Positions 52,764 to 61,528 of a DNA stretch of 64,000 nucleotides are shown one piece after another. The stretch lies in the NCBI GenBank assembly GCA_965199495.1, contig CBDASK010000003.1, forward strand, positions 128,001-192,000, written 5' to 3'. The position numbers and the translations under genes were made by a program. The notes beneath the pieces were generated by a model that saw nothing but the letters and a program-made list of their open reading frames with translations, made no database searches and was not told the DNA's origin. The DNA is from Abditibacterium sp. GTDB taxonomy: Bacteria; Armatimonadota; Abditibacteriia; Abditibacteriales; Abditibacteriaceae. Position 1 is the stretch's first letter; each line of letters begins with the position of its first letter.

Positions 52764-53748
52764 CCGCCGCGAACATCTCGCGAATCACGGTTTCAATTTC
52801 GACTTCTGCCACGCTCAAATCCAAAACCTGCAACTCGGCCAACAAACGATTGACGCATTGCGGCACTTGCTCGCGCGGAACCGACAAACTCAAACGCGCG
52901 CCTTCGTGTTGAACGTTCTCGCCCAGTTCGTTCGCCAGCTTCAATGCAGCCACGTCGGGCGGCGCTTTCAAAGTTAAGCCAATACGCCGCAACGGTGCGA
53001 ACCGTTCGGTGAGTTCGCCCAACTCGCCATCGAAGACCGCTTGGCCGCCGTTAATCACCATCACGCGCTTACACAAAGCCTCGATGTCAGCCATGTAATG
53101 CGAAGTCAAAATTACCGTTAATCCAGTGCGCTGGTTGTATTCACGCAGAAACTCGCGGATGCGACTTTGCGAAATCAAATCGAGGCCAATTGTCGGTTCG
53201 TCCAAAAACAAAACTTCGGGCGAATGCAACAGCGACGCCGCCAATTCGCATTTCATGCGCTCGCCCAGACTCAACTTACGCACCGGCTGTTTCAATAATT
53301 TGGTGATATCCAAAAGTTCGCCCAATTCGGCGACTTTGGCGTCGAAAACCCCGCGCGGAATTTGATAAATTTCCTGATTTAACTCGAACGAATCGTAGGC
53401 GGGCAAATCCCACCACAACTGATTCTTCTGGCCCAAAACCAACGAAAAGCGCCGTTGAAACTGCGCCTCGCGCTTCCACGGCAGAAATCCCATCACGCGC
53501 GCCTCGCCGCTCGACGGATGCAAAACGCCTGATAGCATTTTGAGCGTCGTGGTTTTCCCAGCGCCATTTGGCCCCAGAAATCCGACGAATTCGCCTTTGC
53601 CAATCTCGAAATTTAAATCGTCAACCGCGATTTTGGTTTGATATTGGCGTTTAAATAAACCTTTCAAAGCGCCAGAAAAGCCGGGTTCTTTGAGGTGCGT
53701 GGTAAATTCGCGCCGCAAATGCGACACGACGATAGCGGGTTCTTCCAT
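52759..53748 (-). CDS. ABC transporter ATP-binding protein (ABC-2 type)
   Basis: Walker A GPNGAGKT, signature 'LSLGER', 'FLDEPT', 'TSHYM'. Confidence 0.92.
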   Translation of the reverse strand: MEEPAIVVSHLRREFTTHLKEPGFSGALKGLFKRQYQTKIAVDDLNFEIGKGEFVGFLGPNGAGKTTTLKMLSGVLHPSSGEARVMGFLPWKREAQFQRRFSLVLGQKNQLWWDLPAYDSFELNQEIYQIPRGVFDAKVAELGELLDITKLLKQPVRKLSLGERMKCELAASLLHSPEVLFLDEPTIGLDLISQSRIREFLREYNQRTGLTVILTSHYMADIEALCKRVMVINGGQAVFDGELGELTERFAPLRRIGLTLKAPPDVAALKLANELGENVQHEGARLSLSVPREQVPQCVNRLLAELQVLDLSVAEVEIETVIREMFAAE

Positions 53749-53813
53749 GACACAGAGTTTGGCGTGATTGGGTCGGGGCGCGTGTTGTAAAATATCTCGA
53801 TAGAAAATTCATT

Positions 53814-54545
53814 ATGCCCAAACTTAATCAAATCGTCGCCATCGAAAAGAGCGTGAAAAGCCGCGTTTACGGCGACATCACCGATTTACACAAGTCGTCT
53901 CAAAAAGCCGAACTGTTCAACGGCTTCAGCAAAAACTATCGCAAGCGCGACGAAGACAGCGAAGATTATCCGCCCGAACAGAAGAAAGTCCAGCTCGAAG
54001 CGACCGATTTGCTGCAAAACATCGCCAAGTTATTAAGCGAACTTTTGGACGTGACGGCCTCCAAAGATTACGCCAATACGCACGCCGTGGCTGACGTTGT
54101 GGTCGAAGGCCAAATTTTGGTGAAAGATGCGCCGGTGCCGTTTTTGTTGTTTCTGGAGAAACAGTTGACCGATTTGCATACGTTCGTGGACAAACTGCCG
54201 ACGCTCGATAGCGCCGACGATTGGGTTTCCGATCCGAATTCGGGCTTGTTCAAAACCGCGCCCATCGCGACGCAACGCACCAAAAAGGTGCAAAAACCGA
54301 TTGTTTTATATGATGCCACCGAGAAACATCCGGCGCAAACTCAGTTGATTACCGAAGACATTACAGTCGGCTATTGGGACACCGTGAAGCAATCGGGCGC
54401 CCTGCCCGTGCCGCGCAAACGCGAACTGTTGGAGAGGTTGGAAAAGTTATCGCAAGCCGTGAAGTTCGCGCGCGAACAGGCCAACGATGCGCAGGCCGAC
54501 GAACAAATAATCGGCGGCGCGATTTTCGCGTATCTGTTGAAATAA
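53814..54545 (+). CDS. Uncharacterised 243-aa protein adjacent to a tRNA-like ncRNA
   Basis: Intact ORF 'MPKLNQIVAIEK...LLFLEKQL...VKFAREQAN'; TAAAAT at 53788-53793 upstream; no signal peptide or TM. Confidence 0.85.
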   Translation: MPKLNQIVAIEKSVKSRVYGDITDLHKSSQKAELFNGFSKNYRKRDEDSEDYPPEQKKVQLEATDLLQNIAKLLSELLDVTASKDYANTHAVADVVVEGQILVKDAPVPFLLFLEKQLTDLHTFVDKLPTLDSADDWVSDPNSGLFKTAPIATQRTKKVQKPIVLYDATEKHPAQTQLITEDITVGYWDTVKQSGALPVPRKRELLERLEKLSQAVKFAREQANDAQADEQIIGGAIFAYLLK

Positions 54546-54550
54546 CGCCG

Positions 54551-54637
54551 TCGTAGAGACGCAGATTTATCGCGTCTAAAACATTAAAATTGTGGTCAAA
54601 TTGACGTTTTAGACACGATAAATCGGTGTCTCTACGA
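54551..54637. repeat. GTAG-type REP doublet hairpin, family C copy 3
   Basis: tcgtagagacgcagatttatcgcgtctaaaac / gttttagacacgataaatcggtgtctctacga. Confidence 0.85.
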
Positions 54638-54643
54638 AAAATT

Positions 54644-54652
54644 TGCTAAAAT
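54644..54652 (+). promoter_or_regulatory. Extended -10 promoter candidate for the ncRNA
   Basis: TGcTAAAAT, 7 nt before the first stem of the predicted RNA. Confidence 0.5.
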
Positions 54653-54659
54653 CTAATTC

Positions 54660-55036
54660 GAGGCAAGCTCAACTTCAAGGTCAAATTGAAACCCGACGGC
54701 GTGCAGGTTCGAGTCCTGCTCCGTGCATTTTAAATTTCACGCGCGGATGGCGAAATTGGTAGACGCACGAACACAAGTTCGGCTGTTTTTCAAGTTTAAT
54801 TTGTTCCTCACAAGCTGCTTATTGCCGTGGTTGCCGAATCGAATGTCGTCGCCATTCTGCGTCAGATGGGAGTTTGACTCTCCTCTCGTTCTCCAATTTT
54901 TAATTATCACGAACGAGTAGCTTAATGATAGAGCGGACGCACTGAGAACTCAAGCGACGACTTAAATGTCATCGGCGACGCGAAGTCGCGGCCCCCGGCG
55001 TCGGAGAAAAGGATACTTTCTCCGACGCCATTTTTT
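54660..55036 (+). ncRNA. Structured ncRNA with two circularly permuted tRNA-like (YrlA/Y-RNA-like) modules
   Basis: Module 1: T-arm GCAGG-TTCGAGT-CCTGC (54703-54719), acceptor TCCGTGC/GCGCGGA closed by a loop, D-arm GCG-AAATTGGTAGA-CGC. Module 2: T-arm GGGAG-TTTGACT-CTCCT (54868-54884), acceptor CTCGTTC/GAACGAG, D-arm GCTT-AATGATA-GAGC, closing stems TGCGTC/GACGCA and GTCGTCGC/GCGACGAC. Confidence 0.8.
54997..55036 (+). terminator. Intrinsic terminator ending the ncRNA
   Basis: ggcgtcggagaaa-aggatac-tttctccgacgcc-atttttt. Confidence 0.8.
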
Positions 55037-55048
55037 CTTCTGGCGAGC

Positions 55049-56551
55049 TTATTCGTCCGACAAAACCGCCCCTTTGGGCGGCGTGAATTTAAACGTATCG
55101 GGCGCGAAATCTGGGTTGAACGCTTGCTCGGTAATTTGCCAGTCGGAAGAATTTAATGTTGTGCCGCTTCCCACCAAACGATTTTGAAAACGCCGCAAAG
55201 CGCCATTTTCGTGGGAAAACCAGTAGGTTTGTTGAATAACCTTCTGTATCTCATTTTCTGCTTCAGGATTCATAGCCTGAACGTGAGTAATTTGCACTAC
55301 CTCGCACACTTGCCCATTGAACGATTGGGCTGGCAAAAGCACAGCGCGAAATTCCGACAATCCCAAACTTTCCGATTCGGTGCGCAACACATCGGCTTCT
55401 AATGGATTAACTTCGCCGAGCAGGGTTCCCAACACACCCGCAATACCAGGAGCAGTCTGCATCTCGAAATAAACTTCATCGGGTTCTGTTTTGGCACGCG
55501 CATAGACGCGAATGTTCTTTTCATTGGTATTGTGAATATCGTCGAGAGACCAGCGATTTTTTCCGTCCAAAACAACGAGCGGCTGACCAAATTCGGCCCC
55601 GGCCAAACGCCCGACGCGGTCGAAATCGAGCGAGCCAATCAGAGTTTTTCCGTTTTCATCGCGGCTTTTCCAGCGCGCTTTCAAGCCTTTTGTCTCTCCA
55701 TAAATCTTGACTGCGCGCGCAAAAATTGCCTTCGCTCTGGCGTCAACGCTAATTTTGGTTTTCGGTTTGGGCGGCGCGAGCGGAATATCGGGCGCCAGCG
55801 TTTTCCAGTTGTAAAGCGCGGCGTCGGTCGCGCTTTGCGAGCCTTTCCAGTTGTCGATTGGGCGCCCAATTTCGGTCACAACGTCGGCGATTTTTTCGCC
55901 GAACTTGATTTGAACCTTCGTTTTCTCGACCGCGTAATTTTGCGGTGAGAGCAGAAACTCCGCCGAAATGCCCGTTCCATCGCCGGGAGCTTTGCGCACC
56001 ATCGTTACGCTTTTCAGGGTTTTGCCGTTCTCGCGCACTTCGCCATAACGCACGCTTTTGACATACGGGTCGCTGGCCGGATTAATGCCAAGCGACATTA
56101 TCACGACGGCCAGAGTAAAACCGGGCGCGTCGCCGAAAACTTCTTTGAGCGCAACACTGCGCGCCTCTTGCGAGCCGCCTACGGCGCGCACCATAGGCGG
56201 CTCGCCCACGTTCGAGAGATAAAGCGAATTGTTGTCGAGCAAACGCGTGGCACGCTCGCCCGTGGGTTGCCCTTTGGCATCGAGCGCCGTGCGTTTCAAG
56301 CTGGCGCGGTGCGGCACTTCCATGCTGATTTGAAACCGCGAACCGCGTATCGTCTTGCGATCCAGCAGCATTTTCTGCGTGGCGACAATGGCGAAACTGC
56401 TTTTATTCGAGTAATATGCGACCGCGCGGTCAAGAGCAGCCACGCCGCGCGCGTCGATGTTTGATTTGGCGGCAATTGGCGGTTTGGCGGGCGCGGCAGA
56501 GGCGGCGAGAGGAACAGAAAGCGTGAGCAGAGCAAACACAAAAGATTTCAC
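55049..56551 (-). CDS. Secreted protein with two LolA/DUF2092-like domains
   Basis: GGAG RBS region, GTG start, signal peptide; duplicated 'DAR....L/F.RA' starts; C-terminal 'FNPDFAPDTFKFTPPKGA'. Confidence 0.7.
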   Translation of the reverse strand: MKSFVFALLTLSVPLAASAAPAKPPIAAKSNIDARGVAALDRAVAYYSNKSSFAIVATQKMLLDRKTIRGSRFQISMEVPHRASLKRTALDAKGQPTGERATRLLDNNSLYLSNVGEPPMVRAVGGSQEARSVALKEVFGDAPGFTLAVVIMSLGINPASDPYVKSVRYGEVRENGKTLKSVTMVRKAPGDGTGISAEFLLSPQNYAVEKTKVQIKFGEKIADVVTEIGRPIDNWKGSQSATDAALYNWKTLAPDIPLAPPKPKTKISVDARAKAIFARAVKIYGETKGLKARWKSRDENGKTLIGSLDFDRVGRLAGAEFGQPLVVLDGKNRWSLDDIHNTNEKNIRVYARAKTEPDEVYFEMQTAPGIAGVLGTLLGEVNPLEADVLRTESESLGLSEFRAVLLPAQSFNGQVCEVVQITHVQAMNPEAENEIQKVIQQTYWFSHENGALRRFQNRLVGSGTTLNSSDWQITEQAFNPDFAPDTFKFTPPKGAVLSDE

Positions 56552-56616
56552 GCTCCAAGTTTCGTTGATTCGTTCTTCGTCGGCACGCCCTTGGCTCCGC
56601 TTGGTTTCCCACTTCT

Positions 56617-57360
56617 ATGAATCCCGATTTCTCTACCGAAATGCCCGGCATCGCGCCGGAAGAGGCCGCGAAAATGATCGAGGCCAAACGTCGTTTGCTC
56701 GAACGTTTTAAGCGCGATGAAAAAGGCGTGTTTCAACCCAAAACTTTGGATACGACGCCAACCCAACGCGCCGCCAAACGTCTGCCCGATGGCCAGCATT
56801 TGACCAAGAGTTTTCCGATTTTAGACTTGGGCACGCGACCCAATTTGCCGCTCGAAAGTTATACGCTCAAAGTTTGGGGCGAAGTCGAAAATCCGGTCGA
56901 ATTATCGTGGGACGAACTGCAAAAGTTGCCGCGCCATCGTCAGGTGACGGATTTTCACTGCGTCACGACGTGGAGCAAATACGATGTGCCGTGGGGCGGC
57001 GTGCGCTTGCTCGACGTGGCTGCACTCGTGCGCCCGACGATGAAGGCGAAATTCTTAATCGAACACGGCGGCGAAGGTTATACGACCAACATTCCGCTCG
57101 ATGAAGCGATGGACGAAGACGTGTTAATCGCCGACGAAATGGTGTTGCAAATCAACGGTAAAGACGACGGTTGGCAAGCGATTCCGCGCGAACGCGGTGG
57201 GCCAGTGCGAATGATCGTGCCGAAACTTTACGCGTGGAAAGGCTCGAAGTTTTTGATTGGTTTGCACTTTTCCGAGTTCGACGAACCGGGATTTTGGGAA
57301 GAGCGCGGCTATAACAACCACGCCGATCCGTGGAAAAACGAGCGCTATTCGGCGGACTAA
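56617..57360 (+). CDS. Sulfite-oxidase-like molybdopterin oxidoreductase (MsrP/YuiH-like)
   Basis: 'LPDGQH', 'DFHCVTTWS', 'GGPVRMIVPKLYAWKGSK', 'PGFWEERGY'. Confidence 0.9.
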   Translation: MNPDFSTEMPGIAPEEAAKMIEAKRRLLERFKRDEKGVFQPKTLDTTPTQRAAKRLPDGQHLTKSFPILDLGTRPNLPLESYTLKVWGEVENPVELSWDELQKLPRHRQVTDFHCVTTWSKYDVPWGGVRLLDVAALVRPTMKAKFLIEHGGEGYTTNIPLDEAMDEDVLIADEMVLQINGKDDGWQAIPRERGGPVRMIVPKLYAWKGSKFLIGLHFSEFDEPGFWEERGYNNHADPWKNERYSAD

Positions 57361-57437
57361 TGCGCGTTGCGGTGTAAGGCGATAAAATGCAAGCGGGCGA
57401 TTGGCCTTTACAAACCCAATCAAGGAGAATTTGAATT

Positions 57438-57827
57438 ATGGGACTGGCAGAAAAAAGAGCTTTGGCGACGTTGCAAGACGAAACGGTGCCCAAATATCAG
57501 GCGGAATTGCGTAAAATCGCGGGCAACGAGATTTCCTATGTCGTTGACTGGGACAGCTTCGCCGACAATCTCATCGCAATGGAGAATCTCGAAGACAAGT
57601 GCTTCAAAGCGATTAGCGATGTTTTCCGCAAAATTACCAAAGACAAAATCGGCAAAGATGCCGTCGCGCAAGAAATCAGCGAAATCCAACTTTCGCAGGT
57701 CAACGATTGCAACATCGCTTTTTTCACGCTTTCCAAAGGCGCCCTCAAAATGGCGTGGGATTGGAAAGGCTATCCGGGTTCGTTTTTCCCCGATAGCGTG
57801 CAGGAAAAAATCGAGTCTTTGTTGTGA
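57438..57827 (+). CDS. Hypothetical protein
   Basis: AAGGAG RBS; 129-aa intact ORF 'MGLAEKRA...VDWDSF...KIGKDAV'. Confidence 0.75.
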   Translation: MGLAEKRALATLQDETVPKYQAELRKIAGNEISYVVDWDSFADNLIAMENLEDKCFKAISDVFRKITKDKIGKDAVAQEISEIQLSQVNDCNIAFFTLSKGALKMAWDWKGYPGSFFPDSVQEKIESLL

Positions 57828-57848
57828 TATCAAAACTGGATTTGAGCT

Positions 57849-57943
57849 ACGAAAAAGCACAGAAGGAAACAAAATATGGAAATTAGTTGCAAATAATTAA
57901 TTTGCTTTTTTCCCACTCTTTGTTTCCTTCTGTGCATTTTCGT
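57849..57943. repeat. Palindromic element, family D-like copy 3
   Basis: acgaaaaagcacagaaggaaacaaa / tttgtttccttctgtgcattttcgt. Confidence 0.75.
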
Positions 57944-58022
57944 GTCTGTCGGATTTCAACAATTAGATTTGCGCGCAAAAATTGAAATTTGAGGCGCTCG
58001 ATTTGCGTTCAAATTTCATCTC

Positions 58023-58442
58023 ATGAAAAAATTTGTTCTACTGGCTTTGCCTCTGGCATTATCGTGTTCCATCGCGTTCGGCGCGCCCAAAGAGGCCGGA
58101 CTTTCGACGCACGTTCTCGATACCACGCGCGGCATACCGGGTAGCGGCGTCGTTGTCAAGCTTTATCGCATGAACGGCGAACAAGGCACTTTGATTCGCA
58201 CTTCGACCACCAACGCCGATGGCCGCGTGCCCGAACTTTTGACCGCGAAAGAGATGAAAGCGGGCAAATATCAGATCGTTTTCAAAGTTGGGCCTTACTT
58301 CGTAAAAAATGGCTTGAAAGCCGAAGCCGTTCCGTTTCTGGATGAAGCTGTCGTGCGCTTTGGAATTAGCGACGTGAAAGGGCATTACCATGTGCCAATT
58401 ACCGTCACGCCCTACTCTTACGCGACCTATCGCGGAAGCTGA
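58023..58442 (+). CDS. uraH: 5-hydroxyisourate hydrolase (transthyretin-like), exported
   Basis: 'LSTHVLDT', 'TNADGR', 'HYHVP', C-terminal YRGS; signal peptide. Confidence 0.93.
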   Translation: MKKFVLLALPLALSCSIAFGAPKEAGLSTHVLDTTRGIPGSGVVVKLYRMNGEQGTLIRTSTTNADGRVPELLTAKEMKAGKYQIVFKVGPYFVKNGLKAEAVPFLDEAVVRFGISDVKGHYHVPITVTPYSYATYRGS

Positions 58443-58454
58443 GGTTCATCGCGT

Positions 58455-58491
58455 AAAAGCCGCTCAAAGTTCGTGTGTTGAGCGGCTTTTT
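58455..58491 (+). terminator. Intrinsic terminator
   Basis: aaaagccgctcaa...ttgagcggcttttt. Confidence 0.75.
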
Positions 58492-58505
58492 ACTTTGGGA
58501 GAGTT

Positions 58506-58559
58506 ACGTTTTTTCCCTCACCCGGCCTCGTTTTGCGAAGCCGGATGAGGGAAAAACGT
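58506..58559 (-). terminator. Hairpin/terminator after the YeiH-like gene
   Basis: ttttccctca-cccggc...gccgga-tgagggaaaa. Confidence 0.55.
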
Positions 58560-58568
58560 GATGCTCAA

Positions 58569-59651
58569 CTACAATTTCAGCCCATTTACCAGCAGCCACG
58601 CTGCCAGCACGAGCGCGAATAATCCAATTCCAGCCGCCATCAATACTGGCTTTCCAGCGCGCTGCACCGCGCGCGGATCGCTCGAAAGTCCCAGCGCCGC
58701 CATCGCCGCAACCGTGAGCCAACCGCCGATTTCGCGTCCCAAATCGGCCCACTGCGGCGCGATAACGCCCAGCGTGCGCAAAACCGCCAGCGCCACAAAG
58801 CCAATGATAAATGGCGGAATCATATCGGCGAATCCCAGTTTCGATTCGCCGTCTTTGTTCAATAACGATAACACCAAGGTCACCGGCCCCAACATCAGCA
58901 CGCGTGCCAGTTTGACGACCGTTGCGGTTTGCGTGGTGACGACACCCGCGCCCGCCGTGGCTGCTAACACTTGCGGGACGGCGTAAACGCTTAGACCGGC
59001 TAAAGCGCCGAACGCGTTCGGCGAGAGATGAAGAAACGGACGCGCAACCGGTAACAGTGCCACAACAATAACGCTGCCCAGCGCCGTGAACGCGACGGCG
59101 GCGGTGATTTTTTCTTCGTCGGCTCGAATCACCGGCGCGACAGCGGCAATCGCCGAGTTGCCGCAAATCGAGTTGCCGCACGCGACCAACAAAGCCAATT
59201 TCGGCTCCAATCCCAACGCGCGCCCGATGAAAACTCCCAGCCCAATCGAAAGCGGCACGATGGCGAAAACCGCGACCAACAACAGCGGCCCGACGCCCTT
59301 CCACAATGCGACCGTGTCCACGCTGGCACCCAGTAAAACGATGGCGACTTCCAACAAAGGTTTGGCCGCGAATTTAACGCCGGGCGTCCATTTCGCGGCG
59401 GGCGTCCAAAACCAACGCGCGCCCAATCCCAGCAGAATCGCCAAAACCAAACCTTCGAGCCACTCGCGCCCCAACAAATGTGCTTCGACTTTTCCCATTG
59501 CGACACCAGCCAATCCAAAAGCGGTCGCCAATAATAAACCGGGCAGAATCGCCGAGTTGTCGTGCCAGAACGCGCGCAGTTTGTCGCCGATATTGGGTTG
59601 GCGTGTCGCGTTTTGTCGATATGTTTTGGGTGTCGTGATATTGCGTGTCAT
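58569..59651 (-). CDS. YeiH-family membrane protein (putative sulfate exporter)
   Basis: 'GNSICGNSAIAAVAP', 'YAVPQV.A', 'VKLARVLML'; about 10 TM helices. Confidence 0.9.
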   Translation of the reverse strand: MTRNITTPKTYRQNATRQPNIGDKLRAFWHDNSAILPGLLLATAFGLAGVAMGKVEAHLLGREWLEGLVLAILLGLGARWFWTPAAKWTPGVKFAAKPLLEVAIVLLGASVDTVALWKGVGPLLLVAVFAIVPLSIGLGVFIGRALGLEPKLALLVACGNSICGNSAIAAVAPVIRADEEKITAAVAFTALGSVIVVALLPVARPFLHLSPNAFGALAGLSVYAVPQVLAATAGAGVVTTQTATVVKLARVLMLGPVTLVLSLLNKDGESKLGFADMIPPFIIGFVALAVLRTLGVIAPQWADLGREIGGWLTVAAMAALGLSSDPRAVQRAGKPVLMAAGIGLFALVLAAWLLVNGLKL

Positions 59652-59733
59652 AGAAATATGGCCTCGCCCGTAAATACGAACCCCACAATATAACGACTAA
59701 CGCCGCTTATTCAATTTTGATTAACTTTTGGTT

Positions 59734-60621
59734 ATGGCCTTGAATTTCAATCTCTTGCGTTCGTTCGAGTTAGTGGCGCGCGCGGGCAGCATTTCGGGCG
59801 CAGCGCGCGCGGGATTTGCGTCGCAACCGGCGCTCTCCAAGGCGATGCGCGAACTGGAAAAACAAATCGGTTTGCCTTTATTTGAACGAAGCGCGCGCGG
59901 TGTGGTTTTGACCGAAGCGGGTCGGCTTTTATTTGAACACGCGCGGGCCTTGTTCGCGCTCGAAACGCAGACCGAAGCGGCATTGGCGTCGTTGCGCGAT
60001 GTCGAAGGCGGGACGCTCCGTATTGGCGCGACAACAACTTTAGCGAATTACGTTTTGCCCGAATTATTAGGCGAATTTCGTCGGTTACATCCGCGCGTCA
60101 CGCTGCATTTGGAGCGCGCCAATTCGCGCGCCATCGAAGCACAGTTGACCAGTTACGCCCTCGACATCGCGTTTATCGAGGGTTTGCCCAGCGACGAACG
60201 TTTGCAGGCGCGCGCATGGCGCGAAGATGAAATCGTGCTGATTTGCGCGCCCAATCATGCGTTGGCAACGCGCGAATTGGTGTGGCCCGACGATTTGCGC
60301 GGGGAAAACTGGTTAGTGCGCGAAAGCGGTTCGGGCACGCGCGATTGGATCGAACGCGCACTGGTGCCTTACGATTTGCCGCCTAAAAGCGCGTGGGAAA
60401 TCAACAGCGCCGAAGCGATTGTCGCCGCCGTGGCTGCTGATCTGGGCATCGCCTTTGTTTCGCGCGCGGCGGCGGGCGACGGTTTAAAATTGGGCAAAAT
60501 TCGCGTGGTTCGCGTCGCCGAAGTCGAAATTCGCCGCCCGTTTTATCGTTTGGAATTGCGCGACAGACCACGCTCACCAGCCACGCGCGCATTCGAGGTG
60601 TTCATGGCGCGGGCAGATTAA
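59734..60621 (+). CDS. LysR-type regulator (YeiE/CysL-like), divergent from the YeiH-like gene
   Basis: HTH 'SQPALSKAMRELE...LFERS'; 'RESGSGTR'. Confidence 0.92.
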   Translation: MALNFNLLRSFELVARAGSISGAARAGFASQPALSKAMRELEKQIGLPLFERSARGVVLTEAGRLLFEHARALFALETQTEAALASLRDVEGGTLRIGATTTLANYVLPELLGEFRRLHPRVTLHLERANSRAIEAQLTSYALDIAFIEGLPSDERLQARAWREDEIVLICAPNHALATRELVWPDDLRGENWLVRESGSGTRDWIERALVPYDLPPKSAWEINSAEAIVAAVAADLGIAFVSRAAAGDGLKLGKIRVVRVAEVEIRRPFYRLELRDRPRSPATRAFEVFMARAD

Positions 60622-60633
60622 AAGGAGCAATTT

Positions 60634-60755
60634 AGGACTTACGCAACTCTTTTGTGGAGACACCGACTTGTCGTGTCTAAAACGTCAGAATCCTCGCAAC
60701 TTCACGTTTTAGACACGACAAGTCGGTGTCTCCACAAAAGAGTTGCGTAAGTCCT
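60634..60755. repeat. REP doublet hairpin, family C copy 4, with AGGACTTACGCA outer arms
   Basis: aggacttacgcaactcttttgtggagacaccgacttgtcgtgtctaaaacgt / exact complement. Confidence 0.9.
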
Positions 60756-60760
60756 CCGTT

Positions 60761-61471
60761 CTAACCCGCGAACGAACGCGCCGCCGCTTCAATCGAATGG
60801 GCGTCGCGGCCCGTGGCAATCGCGCCGATGAGCAAACCGCGCGCGCCGCTCGCGCGCAGAGCAGCCACGTCGCCCGGCTCGATCTTCTTTTGCGACGGCA
60901 CAATCACCGGAACATTGAGCGCATTGACCAATTGCGCGTAACGCGCGATGTCGCGCGCTGTAAGCGTTTTGCCGTAGTCATCGTGGCTCAAAAGGCTCGC
61001 TTCGCACAGCGTCATACCCAGCTTTTCCATGCCCGCGAATTCGGCCAAATCGTAGCCCTCAAACGCGGCCATCATCACGTCCAAATCGGTTTGGGCCAGC
61101 GCCCACGCCGGACAATCGGCGGGATAGGCGTCGAAATAATCAATGCCAATTTCGGCTAAGCCACGAAAATCTTCGGGCGAAGCAAAGGCGCCGTTCGCGC
61201 CCGGCACGACGCCGACGCTCGCGCCTGCACCGCGCGCGATTTCGACGATTTGCGCCAGAGTTTCGCGCTCTTCTTGCCACGAGCCAAAGCGCGTGCCCGA
61301 CGCGAAATGTTCGACGTTGATGTGAACTTTCAAGCCCTGCGCGCCGCCGTGCAGAGCCGCGCGCGCCAGTTCGACGTCGTTGCGCGGGAGCGAGACGAGC
61401 AGCGTCCAATCGTTTTGCGTAAGTTGAGTGTGAAGTTGATTCATTGTTGCTTCGTGTCGCAAAAGATTCAT
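60761..61471 (-). CDS. Hypothetical protein, probable TIM-barrel
   Basis: 'LLVSLP.ND', 'LKVHINVEH', 'VPVIVPSQK', 'GLLIGAI.TG' alternating beta/alpha pattern. Confidence 0.7.
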   Translation of the reverse strand: MNLLRHEATMNQLHTQLTQNDWTLLVSLPRNDVELARAALHGGAQGLKVHINVEHFASGTRFGSWQEERETLAQIVEIARGAGASVGVVPGANGAFASPEDFRGLAEIGIDYFDAYPADCPAWALAQTDLDVMMAAFEGYDLAEFAGMEKLGMTLCEASLLSHDDYGKTLTARDIARYAQLVNALNVPVIVPSQKKIEPGDVAALRASGARGLLIGAIATGRDAHSIEAAARSFAG

Positions 61472-61528
61472 GGCGACAGAAAGTAAGTAAGTTTAATCTG
61501 TGGACGCGACTTCACACGGTTCCACAGA

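Noticed and set aside
54741..54895. A conventional tRNA gene with an intron (5' half at 54741, 3' half ending CCA at 54895)
   Set aside because: The acceptor strands GCGCGGA and CTCGTTC do not pair. Each pairs only with its permuted partner, and no anticodon loop or group I intron core is visible.
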